From: Clostridia bacterium
Lineage (GTDB): Bacteria > Bacillota > Sulfobacillia > DUSP01
Assembly: GCA_012842575.1 (NCBI GenBank)
Contig: DUSP01000030.1
Coordinates: forward strand, 1 to 38,562
Direction of reading: 5' to 3'
Length of the DNA: 38,562 nucleotides
This document shows positions 9,139-21,310 of the stretch, piece by piece; the stretch's first letter is position 1; each line of letters starts with the position of its first letter. The translations under genes and the position numbers were made by a program. The notes beneath the pieces were generated by a model, which ran no database searches, was not told where the DNA came from, and was given only the letters and a program-made list of their open reading frames with translations.

Positions 9139-10503
9139 ATGGTGCCGGATCTCTCTGACCTCTGGACGAAAACCCTCGATAGGATGAAAAAGGAACTTAT
9201 GAAGCCGAGTTTCGAGACCTGGCTACGAAACACCAAGCCCCTCGCCCTGTACGACGATATCATGGTGATCGGAGTACAGAACGAGTTCTTCCGCGATTGG
9301 GTCGAACAACGCTACTCCTCCCTGATCAAACGCTCCTTGGGCGAAGTCATGGAGCGGGATGTGGAGCTCAGGTTCGTGATACCCCCATCCATGGAGGTTT
9401 TCGAACCCTCCGACGCAGATCTCTCCGGCACCGACCTCGACCTATACGCTGCAAACGGGGATTCCCTTGGTAGACCCCTCAATCCAAGATACACCTTTGA
9501 GACCTTTGTGGTAGGGAACTCGAACCGCTTCGCCCATGCTGCCGCTTTGGCCGTCGCCGAAGCCCCCGCCAAAGCCTATAATCCACTGTTCATCTATGGG
9601 GGAGTCGGCTTGGGTAAGACCCACTTGATGCAGGCGGTCGGTCATTTTGTATTGCTACACTCTCCCGGTACCCGCGTAGTATATCTCTCAACCGAAACCT
9701 TCACCAATGAGCTCATAAACGCCATACGCGACCACAAAACGGCCGAATTTCGTAACCGCTACAGGAACTCCGACGTGCTCCTGGTCGACGACGTCCAGTT
9801 TCTCGCGGGAAAAGAAACCACCCAGGAGGAATTCTTCCATACCTTCGACGCGCTTCATGCCGCTGCGAAACAGATCGTCATTTCGAGCGACAGGCCCCCG
9901 AAGGAAATAGCTACGCTCGAAGACAGGCTACGCTCTCGTTTTGAGTGGGGTCTAATCTCCGACATTCAACCGCCGGATCTCGAGACCAGGATCGCCATCC
10001 TCAAAAAGAAGGCGAACATAGAGAAACTGAACATACCTGAAGATGTCATTCAATACATTGCAACTCAGTTCGAATCCAACATCCGGGAACTCGAGGGGGC
10101 GTTGATAAGGGTCGTCGCATACTCTGCGCTGAGTAATTCCAAAATCACCCTTGATCTTGCCGCGAATGCGCTACGCGACATGCTTCCGGCCAATAGGCCC
10201 ACGAAGGTGACCGCGGAGCTCATTCAGAACGTGGTGGCGGATCACTATGGTATCGCCGTCGATGACCTGAATACAAAACGGCGAAACAGATCAGTCGCTT
10301 TTCCAAGACAAGTAGCCATGTACCTTTGTCGCGAGCTTACAGACCTTTCTTTGCCAAGAATAGGTGAGTATTTCGGCGGCCGCGATCATACAACCGTCAT
10401 TCATGCGTGCGAAAAGATTTCCAGCGCTATACAGGACGATTCTGTGCTGCGCTCGGTAATTCAAAGCCTCATAAACCGCATAAAAACCGGAACGGCCTCC
10501 TAA
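9139..10503 (+). CDS. dnaA: Chromosomal replication initiator DnaA
   Basis: Walker [11 protein letters not shown] and a C-terminal DnaA-box-binding HTH ([12 protein letters not shown]). I prefer the ATG at 9139 ([13 protein letters not shown]...). The track's GTG at 9082 would make the CDS overlap DnaA boxes. Confidence 0.95.
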   Translation: MVPDLSDLWTKTLDRMKKELMKPSFETWLRNTKPLALYDDIMVIGVQNEFFRDWVEQRYSSLIKRSLGEVMERDVELRFVIPPSMEVFEPSDADLSGTDLDLYAANGDSLGRPLNPRYTFETFVVGNSNRFAHAAALAVAEAPAKAYNPLFIYGGVGLGKTHLMQAVGHFVLLHSPGTRVVYLSTETFTNELINAIRDHKTAEFRNRYRNSDVLLVDDVQFLAGKETTQEEFFHTFDALHAAAKQIVISSDRPPKEIATLEDRLRSRFEWGLISDIQPPDLETRIAILKKKANIEKLNIPEDVIQYIATQFESNIRELEGALIRVVAYSALSNSKITLDLAANALRDMLPANRPTKVTAELIQNVVADHYGIAVDDLNTKRRNRSVAFPRQVAMYLCRELTDLSLPRIGEYFGGRDHTTVIHACEKISSAIQDDSVLRSVIQSLINRIKTGTAS

Positions 10504-10710
10504 TCCGCCCGGCTGTCACCGGCCGTCAAATCAAGTCATTCCCTTGACTCATTCCATTCATCCACTTAACTCATCCGCGAAGTCCCCTTCCGTAAGGGAG
10601 GGTACTCTACCCTACCCGCGATCTCGTCCAACCGCGCCACCAATATCACCTTTATCACCTCAAGCACCTCAACCGCCCGAGTGTACCGTACCCGAAGTAC
10701 CCGACCACGG

Positions 10711-10974
10711 TGTGGACATGCTGTGTATATCCTGTGGATGCGCTGTGCCCTGACTGTTAATAACATGAATACGATGACCCGCTCCGGTGACCCTCCTCCC
10801 CCACGTGTGGACAACCCTTCCTTTCGTCCACAAGGTTGCCAACAACCCGCACCGCACCAGACCTTCAACCAACGCCTTTATCCACAGAATCCACCCGCCT
10901 ACTACTGTCACTTTAAATCTTTGAATCTAAGACATATATTCAGCTAGTAGATTCATTAGTACCACCCATCCACA
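10711..10974. promoter_or_regulatory. oriC downstream DnaA-box cluster (dnaA-dnaN spacer)
   Basis: TGTGGACA 10711-10718, TGTGGATG 10733-10740, TGTGGACAA 10806-10814, TCGTCCACA 10824-10832, perfect TTATCCACA 10878-10886, AATCCACC 10888-10895 and CCATCCACA 10966-10974. Confidence 0.8.
10899..10962. promoter_or_regulatory. Candidate DnaA-trio element (CTA CTA CTG TCA CTT TAA) followed by an AT-rich DNA unwinding element
   Basis: A GC cluster (CCCGCC) follows the last two boxes. It is followed by 5'-CTA-3' repeats (complement 3'-GAT-5') at 10899-10916. Next comes the most AT-rich stretch of the spacer (10912-10962). The layout matches the B. subtilis oriC architecture. Confidence 0.55.
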
Positions 10975-11214
10975 TCCCCCGATGCCTCTCCGGAACAAGG
11001 AAATAATTCTTTTCGTAGAGAAATCACCAACAGCCTGTTGTTGGGAATCGTCCTACGGAGATCGCGCCGTAAAGGCCCCACGCACCGCAAAGAGCGACCT
11101 AAACCTACTTGCCCTGCTAAAATGGGGTTCCTTGATGGCTTGACAGATGAAACCTTGATAACTTGATGGATGGAACCTACTGGAACAGGCACGGAGACTG
11201 CGCAGGGAGGGAAA

Positions 11215-12363
11215 ATGCTGATGGACATACGGGTGCCGCAACCGTCTTTGTTGGAAGGCCTCTTAGCAGTACAACGGGCTGTAGATCATTCCGGCAACGT
11301 GCCTCAACTCGGGGGCGTCCTTATAAAGACCTTAGAGAACGGCCTTTATCTCGAAGGAAGCGATTCACACCTTTTCATACGCCGGCATATCGACGCTGAG
11401 ATCGACAGCCCCGGAGCGATCGTCCTGCCGGCTCGGTATTTCGTCGAACTGGTCAAACGTATACCCCCCGAGAACTTAAGGCTCTCGGACTCGGACAACC
11501 TTATATGCACCCTCAAGTGGAACTCCGGACAATGCGAGATTCACGGTTATTCGGCCGAAGGTTTTCTGTCCATAGATGAGTGCCCTTCAGAGGGTATATC
11601 GATACCGGCCAAAGCGCTTCGCAAGTTGATAAGAGAAACGACTTTCTCCGCTGCGAAAGAAGAATCAAGACCGATTTTCGGTGGTATGCTTCTTCTTGTG
11701 GAGGAGGGAAGGATGAGAGCAGTATGTACCGACGGGGTGCGACTCACCGTGTCCGAAGCTCGTTCGAAGCCGGCATCGTCGGATGCGGATATGGCATCCA
11801 CGCAACGGAGTGCAGCCCCTGCCAGGACCGAATTCAATGCGATAATACCCGTGCGAACACTCCTCGAATTATTGAGATTGACCGGTGATGCAGATCAGGT
11901 TAATGTCGCCCTTGACGAAAAAGGCGTCTACTTTACCTGGAACCGAACTTGGGTATTTTCTAGGTTGTTATCGGGGAGGTTTCCCGAATACGAGAGGGTC
12001 ATACCGAAACAGTTCAAAACCTCCTTCCGGGTGGATCGGAATGCATTCAGGAGCGCGTGCGACAAGGCTTCCTTGATGACCAAGGGGGTTACCAATCCCA
12101 TCCTTTTGGAGATATCGGAAGATAGTGTCACGGTGAGGTCCAACACGCCGGGTGTAGGAGAGGTCGTTGAAGTGCTAGAGGCCATAGTTGAAGGCGAACC
12201 ATTGAACGTGGCTTTCAACGCCCGCTTCCTCATTGAGGGCCTCGACGTCATCGAGGAAAGCACGGTGTTCTTCGGAATCTCAGGAATCGAAGCACCTTCC
12301 GTTTTGAAACCCGCCCATAGTGACGACTTTCTTTACGTAGTGCTTCCTCTAAAAATCGGATAG
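11215..12363 (+). CDS. dnaN: DNA polymerase III beta sliding clamp
   Basis: Three-domain clamp-length protein downstream of dnaA, ending ...LYVVLPLKIG. The start is ATG 11215 or 11221, after GGGAGGG. The track's start at 11170 is an extension. Confidence 0.9.
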   Translation: MLMDIRVPQPSLLEGLLAVQRAVDHSGNVPQLGGVLIKTLENGLYLEGSDSHLFIRRHIDAEIDSPGAIVLPARYFVELVKRIPPENLRLSDSDNLICTLKWNSGQCEIHGYSAEGFLSIDECPSEGISIPAKALRKLIRETTFSAAKEESRPIFGGMLLLVEEGRMRAVCTDGVRLTVSEARSKPASSDADMASTQRSAAPARTEFNAIIPVRTLLELLRLTGDADQVNVALDEKGVYFTWNRTWVFSRLLSGRFPEYERVIPKQFKTSFRVDRNAFRSACDKASLMTKGVTNPILLEISEDSVTVRSNTPGVGEVVEVLEAIVEGEPLNVAFNARFLIEGLDVIEESTVFFGISGIEAPSVLKPAHSDDFLYVVLPLKIG

Positions 12364-12376
12364 GGGGATTAGGTGG

Positions 12377-13672
12377 GTGCGAATCACCCGTTTGTTGCTT
12401 CATAATTTCCGCAATTACGGGTACCAGGACATCCGACTTACCCCGGATGTAAATGTATTCTACGGACCAAACGGGGTAGGAAAGACTAACATCATAGAGG
12501 CGGTCTATTATTTGAGTATCGGGCGTTCTTTTCGCACAACCCGTGACAGGGATTTGGTGAAGTGGGATGCGCACGGCTTTTGCATATACGCCGATCTGGA
12601 ACTATATGGAAAACAGAAGCGATTTGCGGTAAACTACGTTCTTGATGGGTCAAAACGGATAAGCGTGGACGGGAAGCGAGCCTTTCGACGTTATGACGGT
12701 AGCGGCGGTCAATGGCCGAGTGTAGTGGTTTTCTCTCCCCAAGACCTATACATAGTCAAAGGTCCACCCGCGTCACGACGCGCTTTCCTGGACCTCCTGA
12801 TTTCAAGGGCTTCAAAAACCTACGCCAAGGAACTGTGGGAGTACACTCGAGCCTTGAACCAACGAAACGCGCTCCTGAGATCCCAAGAAGTCAGGGAAGA
12901 GGTCTACGCCATATGGGAGGAGAGGCTTGCGACCACGGGGAGCCGTATTGTATCGGAAAGGCAGCGGTTCCTCGCTGAGATATCGAAGTCCGCCTCGCGC
13001 TATTATGAGACCCTGGTCGCCGGAGCGGAGGAGCTTTCCATGTACTACATGATCGCCGGAAGAGACGCCGATGGAGGCCTGGGAGGCGATGATCTTCTGA
13101 CGGCGACGCAAGCGACGACGCAAGCGGCGTTACAAGTGGCGTCGCAAGCGAAGACGCAAGCGAAGACACTGTCGAGAACAGAAGCGAGGGCAGAAGCGAC
13201 GGATCCGACGAGTGACGTCAAGACATCGGACGTCAAGGGTTTTCTTTTCGAATCCCTGGCCCGTAACAGGGCAAAGGAAAGGCATCTCGGTAACACAATC
13301 GTCGGCCCCCACCGGGACGACGTGGCGTTCTTTGTAGACTCCAAGGACGCCCGGGTTTTTGGTTCTCAAGGTCAACAGCGGACGGTCGCCCTGTCACTGC
13401 GTCTTGCCGAGGTCGAGTTATTGACCAAAACGACGGGAGAGGTTCCGGTCCTCCTCCTTGACGACGTAATCTCGGAGCTTGATGAATTGAGAAGGAGCCA
13501 GCTCCTCCGCAATGTGTTCTCGGGCGGTCAAGTCCTAATTACCACGACATCCCTGCAGGATGTGGTATTATGGTTAAAGGGTTCAGACGAAAGCACTCCG
13601 TATGGTATCGAGGTTTTTGAGGTTACCTCCGGGGCGGAAGGGCCCGTCATAAGGAGCCCCAGTGGAAGGTAG
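12377..13672 (+). CDS. recF: DNA replication and repair protein RecF carrying an internal low-complexity insertion
   Basis: Walker A GPNGVGKTNI, signature FGSQGQQRTVALSLRLAE and Walker B VLLLDDV. GTG start. At 431 aa it exceeds the usual ~370 aa. Confidence 0.95.
   Translation: MRITRLLLHNFRNYGYQDIRLTPDVNVFYGPNGVGKTNIIEAVYYLSIGRSFRTTRDRDLVKWDAHGFCIYADLELYGKQKRFAVNYVLDGSKRISVDGKRAFRRYDGSGGQWPSVVVFSPQDLYIVKGPPASRRAFLDLLISRASKTYAKELWEYTRALNQRNALLRSQEVREEVYAIWEERLATTGSRIVSERQRFLAEISKSASRYYETLVAGAEELSMYYMIAGRDADGGLGGDDLLTATQATTQAALQVASQAKTQAKTLSRTEARAEATDPTSDVKTSDVKGFLFESLARNRAKERHLGNTIVGPHRDDVAFFVDSKDARVFGSQGQQRTVALSLRLAEVELLTKTTGEVPVLLLDDVISELDELRRSQLLRNVFSGGQVLITTTSLQDVVLWLKGSDESTPYGIEVFEVTSGAEGPVIRSPSGR
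13106..13240 (+). repeat. In-frame tandem repeat block inside recF: eight 12-nt units followed by two 15-nt units
   Basis: The units are ACGCAAGCGACG, ACGCAAGCGGCG, TTACAAGTGGCG, TCGCAAGCGAAG, ACGCAAGCGAAG, ACACTGTCGAGA, ACAGAAGCGAGG and GCAGAAGCGACG (13106-13201). After a 9-nt gap (GATCCGACG, 13202-13210) come AGTGACGTCAAGACA and TCGGACGTCAAGGGT (13211-13240). The block encodes TQAT TQAA LQVA SQAK TQAK ... Confidence 0.9.
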
Positions 13673-13738
13673 CAAAAACATGGGGTGACAAAAGGATCTC
13701 TGGTAGATGGCAGAAAGTACGAATAGAGGGTAGATTTC

Positions 13739-14395
13739 GTGAAGCCAGGGTGCCGTACCATTGATAATGGGAGGTCTATACCAGAAACGGTTTTAAACGC
13801 CGCCGACGGTGGCCCGCGGCGCCGCACGGCTGACGGCGGATCTATACAACCCTTATCCTCGATATTATGGTCTTTGATAAACCGTATCGGTGGGGAACGC
13901 CGCGCGAAGGAAATCACCGCCGCTTCCGCTTGGAATGCGGTTGTGGGTCCTGAAATCGCCAAAAGGACGTCAGTGCTGTCGGTTAAAGATGGGCGGCTTT
14001 ATGTGGGCGTCGAGACTTCTACGTGGGCCCACCAGCTCACGCTGCTCAAAACCGAAATCCTTTCGAGACTCAATCGCGTGGTCGGCGAGGCAGTCTTGAA
14101 AGACATCAGGTTTCGGATTCAGGCGCCCGAACAGGTCTTAGGAGATGCCGCTCTTTTGCAAGATGACCGGGAATATGACGGTCAAGACGGTCGTTCCGAG
14201 TTCGTATCGGGACCCCCGGTCCCATACGCCCGGGGGATCAAAAGAGGCGGCGGGTGCGAGATAACGGGACCAAACGGCGCAAGTAGCCGGCGCCTCGAGG
14301 TCGCTACGCGCCGCGATATCACGACGGATATGCTTTTCGAAGCCTTCAAGAGAGCGAGGGCGGCCGCGAGGGCACGCACGGCCGCTAAAGAGTAA
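13739..14395 (+). CDS. DUF721 (DciA-like) domain protein with a C-terminal extension
   Basis: The core ...AWNAVVGPEIAKRTSVLSVKDGRLYVGVETSTWAHQLTLLKTEILSRLNRVVG..LKDIRFRI matches my memory of DUF721. The recF-gyrB position matches the actinobacterial dciA locus. GTG start with AGAGGG SD. Confidence 0.65.
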   Translation: MKPGCRTIDNGRSIPETVLNAADGGPRRRTADGGSIQPLSSILWSLINRIGGERRAKEITAASAWNAVVGPEIAKRTSVLSVKDGRLYVGVETSTWAHQLTLLKTEILSRLNRVVGEAVLKDIRFRIQAPEQVLGDAALLQDDREYDGQDGRSEFVSGPPVPYARGIKRGGGCEITGPNGASSRRLEVATRRDITTDMLFEAFKRARAAARARTAAKE

Positions 14396-14497
14396 GGGCT
14401 GCCGCGGTGGCGGTAAGACCTTTGGCGCATCCCCGACACCGGGGGTGGGCTTTATATCCGGCATCGCATGTATCCGTCGTCTAAGGAGGTTTCGTAC

Positions 14498-16649
<2,152 letters not shown>

Positions 16650-16693
16650 AAACTCGCCGAGTACGATCTCGGGTTAACGGGCCAAGGGGAGAA

Positions 16694-19141
16694 GTGATGC
16701 GGTTGGAAGCCGAAAGCCTTGCGAAAGTGCTGCCGGTGGAAATCGAAAAGGAAATGAGCCATTCCTACATGGATTACGCCATGAGCGTCATCGTAAGCCG
16801 GGCTTTGCCGGACGTAAGGGATGGCCTAAAACCGGTACACCGCAGGATACTGTGGTCCATGCAGGAACTGGGCATGGGCCCCGATAAACCGTATAAAAAA
16901 TCCGCCCGCGTGGTCGGGGAGGTCATGGGGAAATACCACCCCCACGGTGACGCCGCCATTTATGAAGCGGTTGTGAGGCTCGCCCAGGATTTCTCAACCC
17001 GCTATCCGCTCGTGGACGGCCACGGTAATTTCGGTTCTGTCGACGGGGATCCGCCCGCCGCTATGAGATACACGGAGATACGGCTTTCGCGTGCGGCTTT
17101 GCAAATGCTACGAGACATCGACAAGGAGACCGTGGACTTTGGGCCCAACTTCGACGAATCGCTGAAAGAGCCATTGGTTTTGCCCTCCCGTTTTCCAAAC
17201 CTCCTGGCCAATGGGTCTTCGGGCATCGCAGTGGGAATGGCTACCAACATACCGCCCCACAACCTCGGCGAACTGATCGATGCTGCCGCATACCTAATCG
17301 ATAACCCCGACGCCGCTCTAGAGGATCTGCTCGCCATCGTCCCCGGCCCGGATTTCCCCACGGGAGGTCTCATCATGGGACGTGACGGGATCCGGTCGGC
17401 TTATGCTACGGGTCGAGGTACGGTCGTGATGCGGGCGAGGGCGAGCATTGAACCCGATAAAGGCGGAAAGAACAGGATCGTCATCACTGAACTACCTTAT
17501 CAGGTCAACAAGGCAAAGCTCATCGAGCACATCGCCGAACTGATTCGCGACAAACGCATAGACGGTGTAGCCGATCTCAGGGACGAGACGGATCGTTCGG
17601 GCCTGAGAATCGTGATAGAACTCAGAAGAGACGCAAACCCGAGGGTCGTCCTCAACCGCCTTTACACATTCACCGAGATGCAGCAGACCTTCGGTATCAT
17701 CATGCTGGCGCTGGTGAACGGCAGGCCCGAGGTACTCAGCCTGAAGCGGGCCCTTACCCTCTATGTCGAACACCAAAAGGACGTCATAGTCAGGAGGACA
17801 AGGTTCGATCTGAAGAAGGCGGAAGAAAGGGCTCACATATTGGAAGGTCTCCGCATCGCCTTGTCTAACCTAGATGCCGTGATCAAACTGATTCGCTCCT
17901 CAAAAGACGTTCAAACCGCAAGAGAAGGCCTTATGGGGCAGTTCGGCCTGTCCGAAAAACAGGCCCAGGCCATTCTCGATATGAGGCTTCAGAGACTCAC
18001 CCAACTTGAGCGGGCGAAAATCGAGGAAGAGTACGAAGAACTGAGAAAGACCATCGAGTACCTCCGCGCCGTGCTGGCCAGCGAGAAAATGGTGGACAAC
18101 ATCATAAAAGCGGAACTCCGCGAAATCAAAGAGAGTTTCGCCGACGAAAGAAGGACCACCATAGTCGACGAAGTGGCGGAAATGGATCCGGAGGACCTGG
18201 TTAAAGAGGAAGACGTTGTGGTCGCCATAACCCACGGGGGGTACATCAAGAGGTGTCCCGTGTCGGCGTTCCCGGTCCAGCATCGCGGCGGAAGAGGGCT
18301 CTTGGGTATCCAGACGCGAGAAGAAGACTTTGTCGAACACCTTTTCACCGCCACCACCCACCAATCCATAATGTTCTTCACGAATCGGGGGAAGGTATAC
18401 AGGTTAAAGGTTCTGGAGGTGCCGGAATTCGGCCGCCAGGCGAGAGGCCAGGCCATCGTGAACCTCCTGGATTTCGAGCCGGAAGAGAAGGTGAGCGCGA
18501 TCTTGGTGAGTCCTCCTGTGGAAGATGGCGCCTACGTAGTAATGGGAACCGCCAAGGGTCTGGTGAAGAAGACCCCTGCGCTTGATTTCAAGAACGTGAG
18601 GACCAAGGGAATAGCGGCCATAAACCTCCTTGAGGGCGACGAGCTCATCGGCGCCAGGATCACGGAGGGCGACTCACAAATCATGCTCTTCACGAAGAAT
18701 GGGATGGCTCTCAGGTTTCCGGAAGACAATGTGAGGCCTTCGGGTCGGACGTCACGAGGCGTCAAAGGCATAACCCTTCCCGAAGGGGACGAAGTCGTGG
18801 CGCTTGAGACCGTAAGGACCCAAGATCACGGGTTCGCCGAAGATGTACTGCTTGTGGCGGACGACGGTTTCGGGAAGCGGACCCGTCTTGATGAATACAG
18901 CGTTCACTCGCGCGGCGGAAAGGGTATCAAGGCCATAGCCCTTGAGCGTGGGAAGGGTCGGGCCTGTGTCGCCGGAGCGCGGCTCGTGAGGGAAGACGAC
19001 GAGATCATGATCATTTCTTCGCGTGGGATCCTCATCCACGTTCGGGTGAAAGATGTGGCAAGAAAGGGCCGGGTAACCAGGGGCGTCGTCCTGATGAAAC
19101 TCGAAGAAGGGGATTCCGTTGTCTCGATCGCCAGGGTTTGA
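16694..19141 (+). CDS. gyrA: DNA gyrase subunit A
   Basis: [26 protein letters not shown], an active-site region with the AAMRYTE motif, and a C-terminal beta-pinwheel. The start is GTG 16694 or ATG 16697. Confidence 0.98.
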   Translation: MMRLEAESLAKVLPVEIEKEMSHSYMDYAMSVIVSRALPDVRDGLKPVHRRILWSMQELGMGPDKPYKKSARVVGEVMGKYHPHGDAAIYEAVVRLAQDFSTRYPLVDGHGNFGSVDGDPPAAMRYTEIRLSRAALQMLRDIDKETVDFGPNFDESLKEPLVLPSRFPNLLANGSSGIAVGMATNIPPHNLGELIDAAAYLIDNPDAALEDLLAIVPGPDFPTGGLIMGRDGIRSAYATGRGTVVMRARASIEPDKGGKNRIVITELPYQVNKAKLIEHIAELIRDKRIDGVADLRDETDRSGLRIVIELRRDANPRVVLNRLYTFTEMQQTFGIIMLALVNGRPEVLSLKRALTLYVEHQKDVIVRRTRFDLKKAEERAHILEGLRIALSNLDAVIKLIRSSKDVQTAREGLMGQFGLSEKQAQAILDMRLQRLTQLERAKIEEEYEELRKTIEYLRAVLASEKMVDNIIKAELREIKESFADERRTTIVDEVAEMDPEDLVKEEDVVVAITHGGYIKRCPVSAFPVQHRGGRGLLGIQTREEDFVEHLFTATTHQSIMFFTNRGKVYRLKVLEVPEFGRQARGQAIVNLLDFEPEEKVSAILVSPPVEDGAYVVMGTAKGLVKKTPALDFKNVRTKGIAAINLLEGDELIGARITEGDSQIMLFTKNGMALRFPEDNVRPSGRTSRGVKGITLPEGDEVVALETVRTQDHGFAEDVLLVADDGFGKRTRLDEYSVHSRGGKGIKAIALERGKGRACVAGARLVREDDEIMIISSRGILIHVRVKDVARKGRVTRGVVLMKLEEGDSVVSIARV

Positions 19142-19610
19142 AATACTGGATCATACCGCCGACATCAGGCTGGCATCAACCGGCAAAACCCTCGAGGAGA
19201 CGATGTTCGAACTTATCAAAGGAGTCATAAGGCTTCTTGCGAAAACCGAAACCGATCTTGGCGAACGGCAAAGCGATTACTTTGAGGATATATCTGAAGA
19301 TATACGTGCAAAGACCGAGAGAGAAATCCGGGTGACGGCCCCAAACCTCGAAAGAGCGGTGGTAACACTCTTAAACGAGATAATATATCTATACGACGCC
19401 GAGGGCTTCGAGCCATCGGACGTCTCGAGGTTGGCGGTGGACAGGGGCTCCGTGGACGGGGGTTCCCAAATACGCATCACCGTCGGAATCACCGGCATCG
19501 GTCAAGGACACGCCGATGCGAAAGAACGCCGGCCGAGCCGGATCAAGGCTGCCACTTATCACGGGATCGTCGCTTCCGATACGAGAATCGAAGTGGTTTT
19601 CGACACATGA
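19119..19610 (+). CDS. Archease (RtcB cofactor/chaperone)
   Basis: N-terminal [12 protein letters not shown] and C-terminal IKAATYHG are archease hallmarks. The putative TTG start overlaps the gyrA stop. The stop overlaps the rtcB ATG (ATGA). Confidence 0.8.
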   Translation: MSRSPGFEILDHTADIRLASTGKTLEETMFELIKGVIRLLAKTETDLGERQSDYFEDISEDIRAKTEREIRVTAPNLERAVVTLLNEIIYLYDAEGFEPSDVSRLAVDRGSVDGGSQIRITVGITGIGQGHADAKERRPSRIKAATYHGIVASDTRIEVVFDT

Positions 19611-21133
19611 CCCTCTCTGCCCCGGTCGGTCGGATCATTTCGGAGGGTATGATGGTTATGTCTACTCAGGACGAAAAGGGCGAGAAGTGGCAAGGCCCGC
19701 TGGAGAGAATAGACGATTATAGGTGGAGGATTCCCCGCGGGTATAAACCCCAGATGAAAGTGCCGGGCATCATCTACGCCGATCCGGATCTCCTTTCCAG
19801 TATCCGTGCGGACAAGGCGCCTGAACAGGTCGCCAACGTGGCATGCATGCCCGGTATAGTCGGGGCGTCTTTGGCCATGCCCGATATTCACTGGGGTTAC
19901 GGTTTCCCCATCGGAGGAGTCGCGGCCATGGCTGTAGATGACGGCGTCATCGCACCCGGAGGTATAGGCTATGACATAAACTGCGGTGTAAGAATACTCC
20001 TCACCTCACTCAGCGAGGACGAAGCGAAACCGCGCCTCGAACGGCTGATGGATCGTCTGTTCGAGGAAATACCCCTTGGAGTCGGTTCCGAAGGGGATCT
20101 CCGCTTGAACCCGGATGACTGGAGGGGCGTGATGACTCGCGGTGCGGAATGGGCGGTGGAGCGCGGGTTCGGGCTGTGGGAAGACCTCGAGGCTTGCGAG
20201 GAAGGCGGTGCCATGCGGGGCGCCGATCCGGACCAGGTGTCGAGTAAGGCGCGCAAAAGGGGTGCTGGTCAGCTCGGTACGCTCGGTTCGGGTAATCACT
20301 TCATAGAAGTGTCGGTAGTAGAGAATGTGTTCAATGAGGCGGCGGCTTCGGAATTCGGCCTGTTTTCGGGCCAGGTGGTGGCCCAAATCCATTCCGGATC
20401 ACGGGGTTTCGGACATCAGATCTGCACGGACTATGTGGAAGTCATGGCTGACGCCTTGGAGAAATATGACATTTGGGTACCGGATAAACAGCTCGCATGT
20501 GCCCCCATCAATTCCCCGGAGGGCAAATCCTATTTCGCGGCCATGGTGTGCGCCGCCAATTACGCCTGGGCGAATCGGCAGATATTGGCGCACCACGTGG
20601 TGTCGGCGTTTGAGAAGGTATTCGAGAGCTCTCGAGCGGGATTAGGGATAAAGACGCTTTATGACGTAGCCCATAATATAGCCAAGATCGAAACCCATGA
20701 GGTGAACGGAAAACCGGTCAAATTGTGCGTTCATAGAAAAGGAGCCACCCGAGCCTTCGGACCCGGCCGGCCGGAAATCCCGGAGCGATATCGAAAGGTC
20801 GGCCAGCCGGTATTGGTGCCCGGTGACATGGGAAGGAATTCCTACGTCCTCCTGGGAACAGAGCGGGCCATGGAAGAGACTTTTGGGTCGTCGTGTCACG
20901 GAGCGGGGAGGTTGATGAGCCGACGCGCCGCCAAGAAGGGGCTTACGGGAAAGACGTTACGCGAAGAATTGAGACGACGGGGCATACTGGTCCTGGCTAA
21001 GAGCGACGCTTCTTTGGTAGAAGAGGCCCCGGATGTGTATAAGGACGTAAACGAGGTCGTAGGGGTCACCCATTCGGCGGGGATTTCGACCCTCGTGGCA
21101 AGGTTAAGGCCCTTAGGGGTCATCAAAGGATGA
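19607..21133 (+). CDS. rtcB: RNA-splicing ligase RtcB (3'-phosphate/5'-hydroxyl RNA ligase)
   Basis: GYGFPIGGVAA, GGIGYDINCGVR, GSGNHFIEV, HSGSRGFGHQ and SSCHGAGR motifs. Alternative starts at 19649-19658 follow GGAGGG. Confidence 0.95.
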   Translation: MTLSAPVGRIISEGMMVMSTQDEKGEKWQGPLERIDDYRWRIPRGYKPQMKVPGIIYADPDLLSSIRADKAPEQVANVACMPGIVGASLAMPDIHWGYGFPIGGVAAMAVDDGVIAPGGIGYDINCGVRILLTSLSEDEAKPRLERLMDRLFEEIPLGVGSEGDLRLNPDDWRGVMTRGAEWAVERGFGLWEDLEACEEGGAMRGADPDQVSSKARKRGAGQLGTLGSGNHFIEVSVVENVFNEAAASEFGLFSGQVVAQIHSGSRGFGHQICTDYVEVMADALEKYDIWVPDKQLACAPINSPEGKSYFAAMVCAANYAWANRQILAHHVVSAFEKVFESSRAGLGIKTLYDVAHNIAKIETHEVNGKPVKLCVHRKGATRAFGPGRPEIPERYRKVGQPVLVPGDMGRNSYVLLGTERAMEETFGSSCHGAGRLMSRRAAKKGLTGKTLREELRRRGILVLAKSDASLVEEAPDVYKDVNEVVGVTHSAGISTLVARLRPLGVIKG

Positions 21134-21310
21134 CCGAAAGTCCGGCAGATAAAACACCGATAAGAACGGTAACACGCGGGTTACAACTTAGGATCGGGCC
21201 GCAACGTGGGACTACAAGAAGATCGCTATCCGTCATTTGTCCGGTAGCACAGGGGCATCTGACGGATACGAATATGCCATGAAAGGGGGAAGCGGCGTCT
21301 CCCCCCGGGC

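Noticed and set aside
10544-11241. Six small ORFs (62-100 aa) on both strands in the dnaA-dnaN spacer.
   Set aside because: The region is packed with DnaA boxes and an AT-rich unwinding element. The ORFs overlap one another and lack SDs, so I interpret the region as non-coding oriC.
21134-21310. Possible riboswitch or leader upstream of the LUD-domain gene (9-bp stem 21227-21235 with 21260-21268, plus G/C hairpins near 21280-21325).
   Set aside because: I could not match it to any riboswitch class consensus by eye, and a single long-loop stem is weak evidence. It is left uncalled, and an Rfam scan would settle it.
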